This document shows positions 1 to 8,650 of a stretch of 64,000 nt of DNA, one piece after another. This stretch comes from a virus, in IMG/VR virus record IMGVR_UViG_3300032053_000003, positions 158,392 through 222,391 of that record; one strand, 5' to 3'. The translations under genes and the position numbers were made by a program. A model generated the notes under the pieces. The model was not told where the DNA came from. It searched no databases and worked only from the letters and a program-made list of their open reading frames with translations. Numbering within the stretch: position 1 is the stretch's first letter; each line of letters starts with the position of its first letter.

Positions 1-605
1 GGCTGTATTCTGTTCTTGTGAACAAATATAGCTATTCGTGGAACAATACCTATAATCCAGCAGGTAAGTTAAATGGCACTGATTACAGACAGTATCTTCA
101 GCTTGGTAACCTGCAGGTTAAAAATTTGGTTAGAACTATTATTGCACCAGGGGATACGAATGATCAGAAAGCTGATAAGATTCTGAAGTGGCTAACAGAG
201 AATATTACTTATACTTCAGATGAAGAACAATATCATTTTAGTGAGTATTGGGCCAAACCCACTGAGATTTTGAAATCGAAGGCAGGGGATTGTGAGGACC
301 AGGCTTTTTTGATACATTCTATGCTCTTGGCTGCTGGAGTACCTGCTGATAGGATTCGTACTTATGGTGGTCTTGTAAAGGCTGGAGCTAATGCTCCATT
401 GGGTGGACATGCCTGGACTGTTTATAAACGAGAGTCAGATAACCAATGGGTTGACCTTGACTACTGTTATTACCCTGACAGCTCCTCTATAACATCCAGG
501 GAGACCTTTAAAGCCCAGGATGAGTATGTTGATGCCTACTGGTGGATGAATGCTTATGGCACGTATGATGAGTATGGTAAATGGGGCATAAACATATATG
601 CATAG
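1..605 (+). CDS. Transglutaminase-like (TGc) cysteine-protease domain protein. Probably 5'-partial, because the frame is open to the window start; the ORF track starts it at GTG 18.
   Basis: Catalytic context KAGDCEDQAFLIHSMLLAAGVPADRIRTYGG ... GGHAWTVY ... D, typical of a TGc Cys-His-Asp core. Confidence 0.6.
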   Translation, partial: LYSVLVNKYSYSWNNTYNPAGKLNGTDYRQYLQLGNLQVKNLVRTIIAPGDTNDQKADKILKWLTENITYTSDEEQYHFSEYWAKPTEILKSKAGDCEDQAFLIHSMLLAAGVPADRIRTYGGLVKAGANAPLGGHAWTVYKRESDNQWVDLDYCYYPDSSSITSRETFKAQDEYVDAYWWMNAYGTYDEYGKWGINIYA

Positions 606-883
606 GAGAGATGATGAAGATAGATAATATAGAGATACAAGAAGGGAAGTTTGTTATTAACCTTACTGGAGATGTATTGTCCTATGAAGATGTTGTTACT
701 GTCATAGTACCCCAATCTGAATTATTTGATAAGATAAAGGAATCATTTATTAAGAGTCCTGGTATTGCAGTTGTAGACTGTACTACGTGTGTGGCTTTTG
801 GGAGGGCTACTGAACCTGGTTTTTTCTGTGCTAAATGTCCAGAGAAGCAGGAGTACTGCAAGTTATATGAAGCAAGGAGGTAA
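581..883 (+). CDS. Hypothetical small zinc-ribbon protein
   Basis: ORF with CTTC...CAKC pairs. Overlaps the previous gene by 25 nt. Confidence 0.4.
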   Translation: MGHKHICIGEMMKIDNIEIQEGKFVINLTGDVLSYEDVVTVIVPQSELFDKIKESFIKSPGIAVVDCTTCVAFGRATEPGFFCAKCPEKQEYCKLYEARR

Positions 884-886
884 ACT

Positions 887-1141
887 ATGGGTGCTGTATG
901 GAACTCTTTGATGAGTGACAAAGTAGGGACCTTATCAGCTACTCGTTTTTCCTTTGTTATGTGTACCTTTATATCAAATTTAACAGTCTTTTTGGTCTGG
1001 GCAGGTTTGAGTGTATCACAATCCAAGATGGTCTTGATTCCTGAGTCTGTTATCTTTTTGTATTGTCTTGCCAATGGGATAACATTTACAGGAAAGATGG
1101 TTCAAAAGCAGATTGAGAGTAAGGGATGTGTAACAAAATGA
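887..1141 (+). CDS. Small hydrophobic (membrane) protein
   Basis: 84-aa ORF with two hydrophobic stretches and a tight operon position. Confidence 0.4.
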   Translation: MGAVWNSLMSDKVGTLSATRFSFVMCTFISNLTVFLVWAGLSVSQSKMVLIPESVIFLYCLANGITFTGKMVQKQIESKGCVTK

Positions 1142-1782
1142 TCGAAGATAATGTACATTTTAATAAGAGAGGTTTTGTTATAGGTGGAGGAGAGTCCATC
1201 AAAAAAATGATAGCTAATGGTTTGGATACTGGAAAATTGATAACTAATGAGATCACGGTAGGCACAAATAAATCATATGAACTGGGTAGGAGTACCTATC
1301 ATGTAGCCATGGACATTGATTACTTCAGAGATGATAAGGAGAACCTGCTAAAACAGAATCTTTATGTGTCAGATAACATTAGAAACGGCTATCCTGATGA
1401 TAAGGCTATTAAAACGATTAAGAAACTCAGTAGGACTCCTAAGATCATTTCAAAGTCTTTTAATGATGGTTTATATTATGGGAGATCCACAGGCTACCTT
1501 GCTATGAATCTAGCTCATGTATTGGGGTGTAATCCAATATACCTTCTTGGAATCGATCTTGTGGGTTTGCACTTTCATAAAGGTTATGGTGCTGAAAAGG
1601 ACCAGAGACTGCCTAGAGAGCATAAGGTAATCGAACAAGAGTTACGAGCAGGGATAAAGTACCTTCAAGATCTTGGAACAGTAGTTATCTCTCTATCCAA
1701 TATTTCTAAGCTCAATGATATTATACCTTACGATCCTTCTATTCTGAAACTTTACGGATACATTGAAGAGGTGGTAGAATAG
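1126..1782 (+). CDS. MptE-like / DUF115-type domain protein, a putative glycan or nucleotide-sugar transferase
   Basis: GGGESIKKM...YYGRSTGYLAMNLAHVLGCNPIYLLGIDL resembles the DUF115/MptE family. Family recall only. Confidence 0.35.
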   Translation: MCNKMIEDNVHFNKRGFVIGGGESIKKMIANGLDTGKLITNEITVGTNKSYELGRSTYHVAMDIDYFRDDKENLLKQNLYVSDNIRNGYPDDKAIKTIKKLSRTPKIISKSFNDGLYYGRSTGYLAMNLAHVLGCNPIYLLGIDLVGLHFHKGYGAEKDQRLPREHKVIEQELRAGIKYLQDLGTVVISLSNISKLNDIIPYDPSILKLYGYIEEVVE

Positions 1783-3308
1783 TGATCATAGTATCCTTTT
1801 ACACCTCTCTATATGAGGAACAGCATCATGTTCTTAAGGCTTCTTTGGAAAAGTTTGGTCTGAAGTATGACATCCAAAGAGTTGCATCAAGAGGCAGCTG
1901 GAAGTCCAACAATCTATACAGAGGTCAGTTCCTCATTAACATGATGAACAAGCACAATGATAATGTTGTATGGTTAGATGCAGATGCTGAAGTTTTGAAG
2001 TACCCTACTTTGCTATATGCTATAAAAGATAATACTGATCTTGCCTGGTATACAAGAGATGGAAGAGGATATCTGCTTGGTACTTCCTACTGGAAGAACT
2101 CTCCTCTGGTTAAACATCTCTTAATGGACTGGGTAGCCACTTGTGATATAAACTCAGCTTCCTTGTCTCAAAGGGACTTTATGAGGCTGTTTCAACAAAA
2201 GTATCAGGGTAAGCTTATTGTGCAGCCTTTACCTGAAGAGTACTGTCATATCTTTGATAATAAATTAGCTACTAGAGAGCCAGTCATAGTACATCATCAG
2301 TTAAGTAGACAGTTCAGGAGTGCTTCTCAGCAGGTTGAAAATGAGGTACCAGTCGATCCTGTTCCTGTTCAACCATCAGTAGTATCTGTACCTCCAGATC
2401 CTCCTCCTTATAAGAGTAACCCTAGTGGGAAGAGAACAGTATTCTTACCTCTCAACCAAAACAACTGGGCCTTTGATGTCAGGTGTACTGCTCTTGAAAG
2501 GCATCTATCCCCCTATTACAATATTCAGAAGGTGAGTGGATTTGATATTGTCAGGAAGGGTCTTGGCTTTCATGCTGATCTTATTTATTGGCCTACCTAT
2601 GAATCTCTGGACAGAATGGGGTGCCATTGCCACCGTGTATGTGCTACCATAGGTGGTCTCGTTGTTCGTTCCTTGGAGGAGTCTCTTAGTCATTTTGGTA
2701 AGGCAGCAGCTATAGCAGTCCCTAATAAGACCTGGTTTGATCAATATGCAAGGAGTAATCTACCTGATACCAAGTTCTTTCTTATCCCAAATGGTGTGAA
2801 CATTAATGTGTTTGTACCTAAGCCTAAGCCTAATGGTTTCGTTATAGGTTGGGCAGGGAATGATCTTCCTGATAGGGCTAAGGTTAAGAGAATAGAAGAG
2901 CTTAGAAAGATCTGTACCAAACAAGGTATCATTCTGATGGAGCAGGGTAGATCAGCACTGGTTGTCCATGATAGGATGCCAGAATTCTACCAAAAGCTTG
3001 ATCTTTATGTGAACCTCAGTACCACTGAAGGATCAAACAATTGTATTCTTGAGGCTGCTGCTTGTGGTGTTCCTATCTTAGGTACCAGAGTAGGTAATAT
3101 TCCTGAGCTTGAGAGTGCAGGTGCTTTTACAGTTGAGCATGATCTGAGTGATCTTGAAGAAAAATTATGCTATATCCGTGATCTGAACAATAGAAGTGAG
3201 ATAGGTGAGAGTATGAGGAATGAGATTGTTCTTCATTACAGTAGTGAGCTAATGGCTATGAGGTACAAAGAGATGTTTGAATATAGTCTCTCTAAAGATA
3301 TCAAATAA
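1782..3308 (+). CDS. Two-domain glycosyltransferase: N-terminal DXD-type nucleotide-sugar transferase domain plus C-terminal GT-B (GT4-like) domain
   Basis: N-terminal VVWLDADAEVLKYP (DXD). C-terminal EAAACGVPILGTRVGNIPEL is the classic GT1/GT4 signature. Confidence 0.65.
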   Translation: MIIVSFYTSLYEEQHHVLKASLEKFGLKYDIQRVASRGSWKSNNLYRGQFLINMMNKHNDNVVWLDADAEVLKYPTLLYAIKDNTDLAWYTRDGRGYLLGTSYWKNSPLVKHLLMDWVATCDINSASLSQRDFMRLFQQKYQGKLIVQPLPEEYCHIFDNKLATREPVIVHHQLSRQFRSASQQVENEVPVDPVPVQPSVVSVPPDPPPYKSNPSGKRTVFLPLNQNNWAFDVRCTALERHLSPYYNIQKVSGFDIVRKGLGFHADLIYWPTYESLDRMGCHCHRVCATIGGLVVRSLEESLSHFGKAAAIAVPNKTWFDQYARSNLPDTKFFLIPNGVNINVFVPKPKPNGFVIGWAGNDLPDRAKVKRIEELRKICTKQGIILMEQGRSALVVHDRMPEFYQKLDLYVNLSTTEGSNNCILEAAACGVPILGTRVGNIPELESAGAFTVEHDLSDLEEKLCYIRDLNNRSEIGESMRNEIVLHYSSELMAMRYKEMFEYSLSKDIK

Positions 3309-3321
3309 TGGAGGTATAACT

Positions 3322-3876
3322 ATGCTTAGCCTTAAATGGAAGGATACCAAGATTAGTGGTAAATTGAACAAAGCAGGTCTTGCTGAAGACCACAAGTACA
3401 GGGACAGAGAAGGTCTTATCAACTTCCAGCAGTCCATCATTGACAGGTATTTGAGTGATTACAAAGACTGTGATCCTATCAAGGTCCTTGATGTATCCAC
3501 AGGTGCAGGTGTCTTTGTGGAGTTGATGAATGACCTTGGACATGCTGCTAAAGGTACTGAGAAGCCTGGTACGCCTTACCAGGTATTCCTCAAGAGCCAG
3601 AAGACCGATGTGATCTACCATGACTCCTCTGAGGTTCCCTTTCCGTTCAAGAAGGGTGAGTTTGATCTGGTGACCTGTATCAGCTCCTTCAATTTTTATC
3701 CTGAAGACTTCTACAAGAAAATTCTCAAAGAACTTTTCAGGATCTCCAAGAAGACTGTTTTTCTGCTTCTTACCAAGAGTGAGTCCTTTGACAAGAACAA
3801 GGAGCTGTTTGATGCCCCTGTAGATGGTTGGACTCTTTCAGTTCAGGGTCCCTACTATCGGTGGGACAAGGTATAA
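3322..3876 (+). CDS. Class I SAM-dependent methyltransferase
   Basis: Motif I VLDVSTGAGVFVEL. Likely start is ATG 3322 behind GGAGG; the ORF track's 3277 start overlaps the GT gene. Confidence 0.55.
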   Translation: MLSLKWKDTKISGKLNKAGLAEDHKYRDREGLINFQQSIIDRYLSDYKDCDPIKVLDVSTGAGVFVELMNDLGHAAKGTEKPGTPYQVFLKSQKTDVIYHDSSEVPFPFKKGEFDLVTCISSFNFYPEDFYKKILKELFRISKKTVFLLLTKSESFDKNKELFDAPVDGWTLSVQGPYYRWDKV

Positions 3877-3896
3877 GCAAGTAAGGTTGATTCAAG

Positions 3897-3934
3897 GTAG
3901 CTACAATCCGTAGCTACTTCTGTCTTCATTTATT
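3897..3934 (+). terminator. Rho-independent terminator after the MTase gene
   Basis: gtagctac-aatcc-gtagctac stem-loop followed by the T-rich ttctgtcttcatttatt. Confidence 0.55.
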
Positions 3935-3947
3935 CGGGAGAATAGCC

Positions 3948-4175
3948 ATGTCTGGAACTAGAGCACTTAGGGTAGAGCTGCATTCAGGACAGGTGGTCCT
4001 GCTTAGCAACATTGATGAGTTTACAAGTGGATACCAGTTCTTCTACGTGAGGCATTTAGACGGAAAGACTGTCTCCTATAATAGAAAGTTGATCAGGGAC
4101 ATCATCCGTCTTCTTCCTAATGGCAGGGAGACTGGTATCTTTCTCAAGAAGGTTAAAACCCCCAGAAGGACTTGA
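3948..4175 (+). CDS. Hypothetical protein (75 aa)
   Basis: ORF with an upstream GGGAGA. Confidence 0.4.
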   Translation: MSGTRALRVELHSGQVVLLSNIDEFTSGYQFFYVRHLDGKTVSYNRKLIRDIIRLLPNGRETGIFLKKVKTPRRT

Positions 4176-4188
4176 GGTCCTTCTGGGT
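4160..4188. terminator. Bidirectional hairpin at the convergence of the rightward and leftward blocks
   Basis: ccccagaaggac-ttgag-gtccttctggg perfect stem, flanked by A-run and T-run. The stops of both convergent genes lie in or next to it. Confidence 0.45.
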
Positions 4189-4226
4189 TGTAAAGCTGTG
4201 ATAGGTTTCAAGTGCTTCTTCATTGC

Positions 4227-4691
4227 TTATTGATTCAAGTGATGCTGCTTTATGCCCATTGCACCAAGCATGTTCATGGGCTTGAAGCTGTTCATGATGT
4301 CATCCTCAAGATCCCTTTTTAGTGAGCTATAAAAGTCCTTTGCTGCACAGACAGTGGCTGCTATGTAGCCGTACATATCCTTTGATGCTCTGGGAAGATC
4401 TTCCCAGCTTACCAGATCAGGGTGGGTTCTACTAGGAAAATCTTCTTTACCCAACTTCCATCCATAAAAGAACATCTGTTGCAAGAAGTCCTGGTGAGCC
4501 TCTTTGTAGTCCATATCCCCATCCTTTATGAAAGGCATATTCTTTGCCATCAAAAACTCGGCAATAGCTGTATCCTCAAAGTCAAATGGGTCCTTTCCTT
4601 GGGCAAATCTAAATGCTGACTGGGTAAGACTTGCAACGTACATGACCATATTGAAAAGCCTTTCCCCTTCTTTTGCTGACATGTTCTTCAT
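4227..4691 (-). CDS. Hypothetical protein
   Basis: 154-aa ORF, first gene of the leftward block. Confidence 0.5.
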   Translation of the reverse strand: MKNMSAKEGERLFNMVMYVASLTQSAFRFAQGKDPFDFEDTAIAEFLMAKNMPFIKDGDMDYKEAHQDFLQQMFFYGWKLGKEDFPSRTHPDLVSWEDLPRASKDMYGYIAATVCAAKDFYSSLKRDLEDDIMNSFKPMNMLGAMGIKQHHLNQ

Positions 4692-4717
4692 TATACACCG
4701 TCCTTAGTCAAGTATAC

Positions 4718-5854
4718 TTAATTAACTGTGAAGGTTCTACTATCACCTGTAGTATTCCAATTTTCAACGTCCATAATAATATTTGAAGTAGCAGGAGTGA
4801 ATGTGTATCCTGTTGCTTTTACAGTAATCGTATAACGTCCACTAGTTAATCCTGAGAAACTGTAGTTCCCACCAGCTATTGTGGTAGTAGTCAGAATAGC
4901 ATTATTGTTATCCAAACAAGTCAAAGTGACAGTTGCACCTACCAGTCCATTTCTTCCAGATCCTAGAGATGCCTCAGGGAAAAGTACAGCTCCGAGTAAA
5001 ATAGAAGGTAAAGGTGTAACAACAGGAGCTGGAGTTGCAACAGGAGTTGGATTAGGAGAGCCATGGAACTGTGTACCTGAGTCATCTCTACCTGTGATAT
5101 TTATCAGTACTATTGTAGGACGAGAGTAATTATCAACAGCCGAAAACCTGTACCCAGTCCTTGAAGCTGTTAAATAATAAGAACCATCTTCTACTGTGAA
5201 TTCAAAATGTCCATCAGTATCAGTGAGGGTTGTTCCTGTTACAGGAATACCTAAACTTGTTAATTTGTCACTTCCATCAGCACCTTTGGAGGCAATACCA
5301 GTCGTACCTGTCAATGTAATCGTAACCCCTGATATAGATCCTTGAACAATGTTAAGAGCTACATGGCTTCCTACCAATCCTGAAATCTTGTACTTACTTG
5401 TTGGTGTTGGGGTAGGTGATGGAGTGGAGGTGTCCCTGGCTGTAAAAGCAGAGGTAGCCACACTCTCATTACTGTCAACAGCAACAGAGGTACTGATAGG
5501 TGTGAAAGAGTAGTCATCCGATGATGGTGTTACTGTGTAAGTACCAGCTGTCAGACCTGAGAAAGAATACTCACCATTTTCATTTGTGGTCGTCTCAGCT
5601 TGACTTCCACTGAAGGCAACAGCTACTGCTGCACTGTGGGCAGAGGGCTTGGTTAAGGTAATGGTTACATCAGACAGGGGTTCCCCATTCTGTGTGAGGA
5701 CACCTGACACTGAGTATGTGATAGCAACAGGAGCAGGTGTGCTGGAACCGGAGTCACTGCTTCCATTGCTTCCACCTCCACCACAACCTGATAACAACAA
5801 ACTGATCAATAATACTACTGCTACAGTTAAATAATTTCTAAACTTTGTACTCAT
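4718..5854 (-). CDS. Lipoprotein with three carboxypeptidase-regulatory-like / Cna-B-like beta-sandwich repeats
   Basis: Signal peptide plus lipobox LLLSGC, then a Gly/Ser linker. Three repeats of the pattern GxTVTLT...NGxYSFSGLTxGxYTVT. AAGGAG SD, and the 35-bp motif lies upstream. Confidence 0.65.
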   Translation of the reverse strand: MSTKFRNYLTVAVVLLISLLLSGCGGGGSNGSSDSGSSTPAPVAITYSVSGVLTQNGEPLSDVTITLTKPSAHSAAVAVAFSGSQAETTTNENGEYSFSGLTAGTYTVTPSSDDYSFTPISTSVAVDSNESVATSAFTARDTSTPSPTPTPTSKYKISGLVGSHVALNIVQGSISGVTITLTGTTGIASKGADGSDKLTSLGIPVTGTTLTDTDGHFEFTVEDGSYYLTASRTGYRFSAVDNYSRPTIVLINITGRDDSGTQFHGSPNPTPVATPAPVVTPLPSILLGAVLFPEASLGSGRNGLVGATVTLTCLDNNNAILTTTTIAGGNYSFSGLTSGRYTITVKATGYTFTPATSNIIMDVENWNTTGDSRTFTVN

Positions 5855-5880
5855 TTGGTACTCCTTTATTAGTTTCTTAT

Positions 5881-5916
5881 CCCTATAACGGTTTTAGGGT
5901 AGGTAGTTTGTACACA
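5881..5916 (-). promoter_or_regulatory. Diverged copy of the conserved 35-bp phage promoter-like motif
   Basis: ccctataacggttttAGGGTAGGTagtttgtacac against the consensus ccctataacggttttcaccccagcagtttgtacaa. 26 nt upstream of the lipoprotein start. Confidence 0.5.
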
Positions 5917-5935
5917 TATTTTTAAAACTCATTGT

Positions 5936-6175
5936 CTATGATGTCAGGTTCTCCTTCCTGAGTGCATACGGCAATTTTGACATACAGGTAGGGTCCTCAT
6001 AGGTGTAACAAATGTCTATGAAGTTCTCATGGTTGAAAGACTTCCTTCTGGGCATCACATCAACAATCCGATGTACCGTGGATTTCCAGGTAAGAAGATC
6101 GTAGGTGGATTTATCCGAGGGTCTTGTCTTTGCCATTGCAATGGCTATCATCTTCATCTCTTTGATTGTTATCAT
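5936..6175 (-). CDS. Hypothetical protein
   Basis: 79-aa ORF. Start and stop overlap (ATGA) with the upstream gene. Confidence 0.4.
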   Translation of the reverse strand: MITIKEMKMIAIAMAKTRPSDKSTYDLLTWKSTVHRIVDVMPRRKSFNHENFIDICYTYEDPTCMSKLPYALRKENLTS

Positions 6176-6705
6176 TACTTCACCTTTCTTGTAGGGAACT
6201 GATTGAACAGCTTACCCAGTTTCGATACATTGATGATCATCTGTGTTTTCCAGTTCTGAGTACCTGAAGCTGTTATAACTTTCAGGACCGAGAAACTCCA
6301 TACATGATTGCCTACCAAAGTGGCCTCTGAAGCCTCTCCGATCTTTCCGATCAGCTTTGCTACAAAAGTATCATACTGAGCAGAAGCATCAGCTTTTGTC
6401 ACACCCATGAACCTCTGGATACGATCTTCTGTGATGTCTACATACTCAGGCTCATTTACTCTTCTGCTACCCTGACGATAGGTTACCAGGGACTGAAACA
6501 ACTGCCTCTTCGACATAGCCATAAAATATTCGGACCTGCTTACCTTTCCTGCTTTGGGATAGGGAGCTACCAATTGAAGGTCATTACCAGCATTCTCAAG
6601 CTCTTTACGGCATTTCTCAATCAATGCCACTGCATGCAGTTCTGCTTTCAGAATAGCATCATTCTTGAGGGGAGCCACTGCTTGTTCAATAGGGTTTATC
6701 TTCAT
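6175..6705 (-). CDS. Hypothetical protein
   Basis: 176-aa ORF. The 35-bp motif ends 5 nt before its ATG. Confidence 0.5.
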   Translation of the reverse strand: MKINPIEQAVAPLKNDAILKAELHAVALIEKCRKELENAGNDLQLVAPYPKAGKVSRSEYFMAMSKRQLFQSLVTYRQGSRRVNEPEYVDITEDRIQRFMGVTKADASAQYDTFVAKLIGKIGEASEATLVGNHVWSFSVLKVITASGTQNWKTQMIINVSKLGKLFNQFPTRKVK

Positions 6706-6710
6706 CTTAT

Positions 6711-6745
6711 CCCTATAACGGTTTTCACCTTAGCAGTTTGTACAA
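6711..6745 (-). promoter_or_regulatory. Conserved 35-bp promoter-like motif, copy 2
   Basis: ccctataacggttttcaccTTagcagtttgtacaa with an A/T tract beyond it. Confidence 0.55.
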
Positions 6746-6824
6746 AAATTTACTTGATTTTAAAAAGAAATGTACTATATTTAAAACTGCGAGTTTCACC
6801 GAATGGGTTTCTTCAAGTTAGAGA

Positions 6825-6852
6825 CGGTCCTGGGATGTGCATACCAGGACCG
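6825..6852. other. Perfect 9-bp inverted repeat with a 10-nt spacer
   Basis: cggtcctgg-gatgtgcata-ccaggaccg, lying between the promoter motif and the 36-bp repeat array. Confidence 0.4.
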
Positions 6853-6880
6853 TTTCGTTAATAAAATGTTTCAATCGTCT

Positions 6881-7060
6881 TATGGGTTTCAATGGATCAT
6901 TGATTCATAGTTCTTTCGTGGGTTTCAATATCTTAATGATTCATAAAGCCATTGTGGGTTTCATTCACTCCTTCATTCATAATCGACTATTGGGTTTCAA
7001 CGTAGTAATGATTCATAAATCACTCGTGGGTTTCATTCTCACTCTGACTTAAAGAAGTTC
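6881..7060. repeat. Five tandem 36-bp direct repeats (iteron-like array)
   Basis: gggtttca starts at 6884, 6920, 6956, 6992 and 7028, exactly 36 bp apart. Each unit pairs it with a second conserved box tgattcata(a). Degenerate half-sites upstream at 6805 and 6868. Confidence 0.8.
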
Positions 7061-7221
7061 TATAGCATCTAAGACCTCCAATGACTCCTCACAGGGGTCG
7101 TTCCTGGTATCATAATCTACAATAGGCAGGGTGTTTCTAATCATCTGCCTGAAGTCAGCATCTGAGAGCTTTTCGTTATCCACATTGACTGCAATCGTAG
7201 CCATGAAGTTGGATGCAGGTA

Positions 7222-7473
7222 TCATTTAGCTTTCCTTATTTTCATCAGAGCATCATGAAGATCTATTGCATCTGAGTATTTGTGCATATTACCTGTGATA
7301 GCCCAGCTTTCTTCTTTGGTTATTCCATACTTTTTACATAGGTTATCATGACATTTGCTTCTTTGAGCATCCATTCCATATATACCTGGATTAGTAGCCA
7401 TAAACTCGTGTATACCCCAGTATTGCCAGGTTACCTGGGGGACTTCTTTTGCATGATGTATACTCATAGTCAC
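7222..7473 (-). CDS. Hypothetical protein
   Basis: 83-aa ORF. Confidence 0.45.
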   Translation of the reverse strand: MTMSIHHAKEVPQVTWQYWGIHEFMATNPGIYGMDAQRSKCHDNLCKKYGITKEESWAITGNMHKYSDAIDLHDALMKIRKAK

Positions 7474-7814
7474 TACAATATTTCACCTTGAAGGTCTGTC
7501 ACAACTGCTTGGAGGTCCACAAGCTTATCCCTTGGTACCCAGACAACAACAGTAACCATGGTCTGTTCTTTCTTCCAATTCAAAAAGGTCTTTTCAAAGT
7601 CAAAGGTGCTGTCATCACCCATTACTATGAAACCACCTTCAAACTCTACAACATCTGTATCTCCAATAATATTTGGTATATCTAGGTCGGGATGTGGAAC
7701 CTTACCGTTTATTTTGAAAGCTACATCATCGTGATAGCAACCATCATCCCAAAATGGATCACTGTAGAACTTCTTGAATTCGGCACCGTTTGTCTTAACC
7801 ATATCAGTATTCAC
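7473..7814 (-). CDS. Hypothetical protein
   Basis: 113-aa ORF. ATGA overlap with the downstream gene. Confidence 0.45.
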   Translation of the reverse strand: MNTDMVKTNGAEFKKFYSDPFWDDGCYHDDVAFKINGKVPHPDLDIPNIIGDTDVVEFEGGFIVMGDDSTFDFEKTFLNWKKEQTMVTVVVWVPRDKLVDLQAVVTDLQGEIL

Positions 7815-7936
7815 TTTTGCCTAACCAGGCCAATCGTGTAATCTCACTAAGAAGGAATCTGAACCATGACCAGTCATGAAAATTAGGAGTGGCTATAGAC
7901 ACTTCTAGTAGTGCTACTGTCTCATAAAATTCCTGT

Positions 7937-8650
7937 TCAATCACGGTCCTTCTCCATACAATCAACCCAGGTACGTTGAGAGTTCACACAGAATAGGACA
8001 TGACCTATTTCAGATATCCTCATGGCTGCTCCATCTACCTTTTCAAACAGAGGACTGCCACCAAGGAGAGAGTGTTCATAAGAGAGGATATAACCGATAT
8101 CCCTACAATCTTTGAACCACAGTGGGTCCCTACGAGGTTCCTTGTCTCTCTGGATATTGTGGGCCGATCTTATGATGTCCCTGTACTTGGCTGATATCGG
8201 GAGGTAGGACAACTCTGAAGATCCCTTCATCCTTGTGCCACGAACATGTACAGCCTTTTTGAAAGCATCGTTTTCCAGGACAATGATATAATCCAGGTTC
8301 TGATCACAATACCCCATGAGTTTGGTGCCTTCCTTCTTGCAGGGGATGTACCATACATAGCTGTCCCCATTACCGTGACCACCCCTGTTCCTCTTGGTGT
8401 GACCGTGGGTCTTGAGGTAGTTATGGACATACTCTGCATCTTCCATCATTTTAGGCATGGCATGAACAAAGAAGTTTTGTATAACTTTACTGAGGAAATC
8501 AGTAAAGCTTTGCTGACTATACTCGTATGCTGCTATGAGACTGGCTATTGGATTCTGGGCATAGGATCTGTTATCTTTTGGAAAGTATTTTGTCATTATT
8601 GCAAGGAGTTCTTGAGTACAAAAGGTTGCTGCTGCTTCTATTTCTTTCAT
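7937..8650 (-). CDS. Hypothetical protein
   Basis: 237-aa ORF, translationally coupled to the Thg1-like gene through a 4-nt overlap. Confidence 0.5.
   Translation of the reverse strand: MKEIEAAATFCTQELLAIMTKYFPKDNRSYAQNPIASLIAAYEYSQQSFTDFLSKVIQNFFVHAMPKMMEDAEYVHNYLKTHGHTKRNRGGHGNGDSYVWYIPCKKEGTKLMGYCDQNLDYIIVLENDAFKKAVHVRGTRMKGSSELSYLPISAKYRDIIRSAHNIQRDKEPRRDPLWFKDCRDIGYILSYEHSLLGGSPLFEKVDGAAMRISEIGHVLFCVNSQRTWVDCMEKDRD

Noticed and set aside
6837-7052. ORF 6837..7052 (+), 71 aa, with periodic VGFN...MIHK
   Set aside because: The periodicity is exactly the 36-bp DNA tandem repeat translated. There is no SD, and it lies between a promoter element and a gene end. I treat it as a non-coding array.
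6881-7060. Possible mini-CRISPR array (regular 36-bp spacing of a conserved 20-mer)
   Set aside because: The unique segments are only about 16 bp, the repeats are imperfect and carry two conserved boxes per unit. There are no cas genes and no leader. An iteron or operator array fits better.
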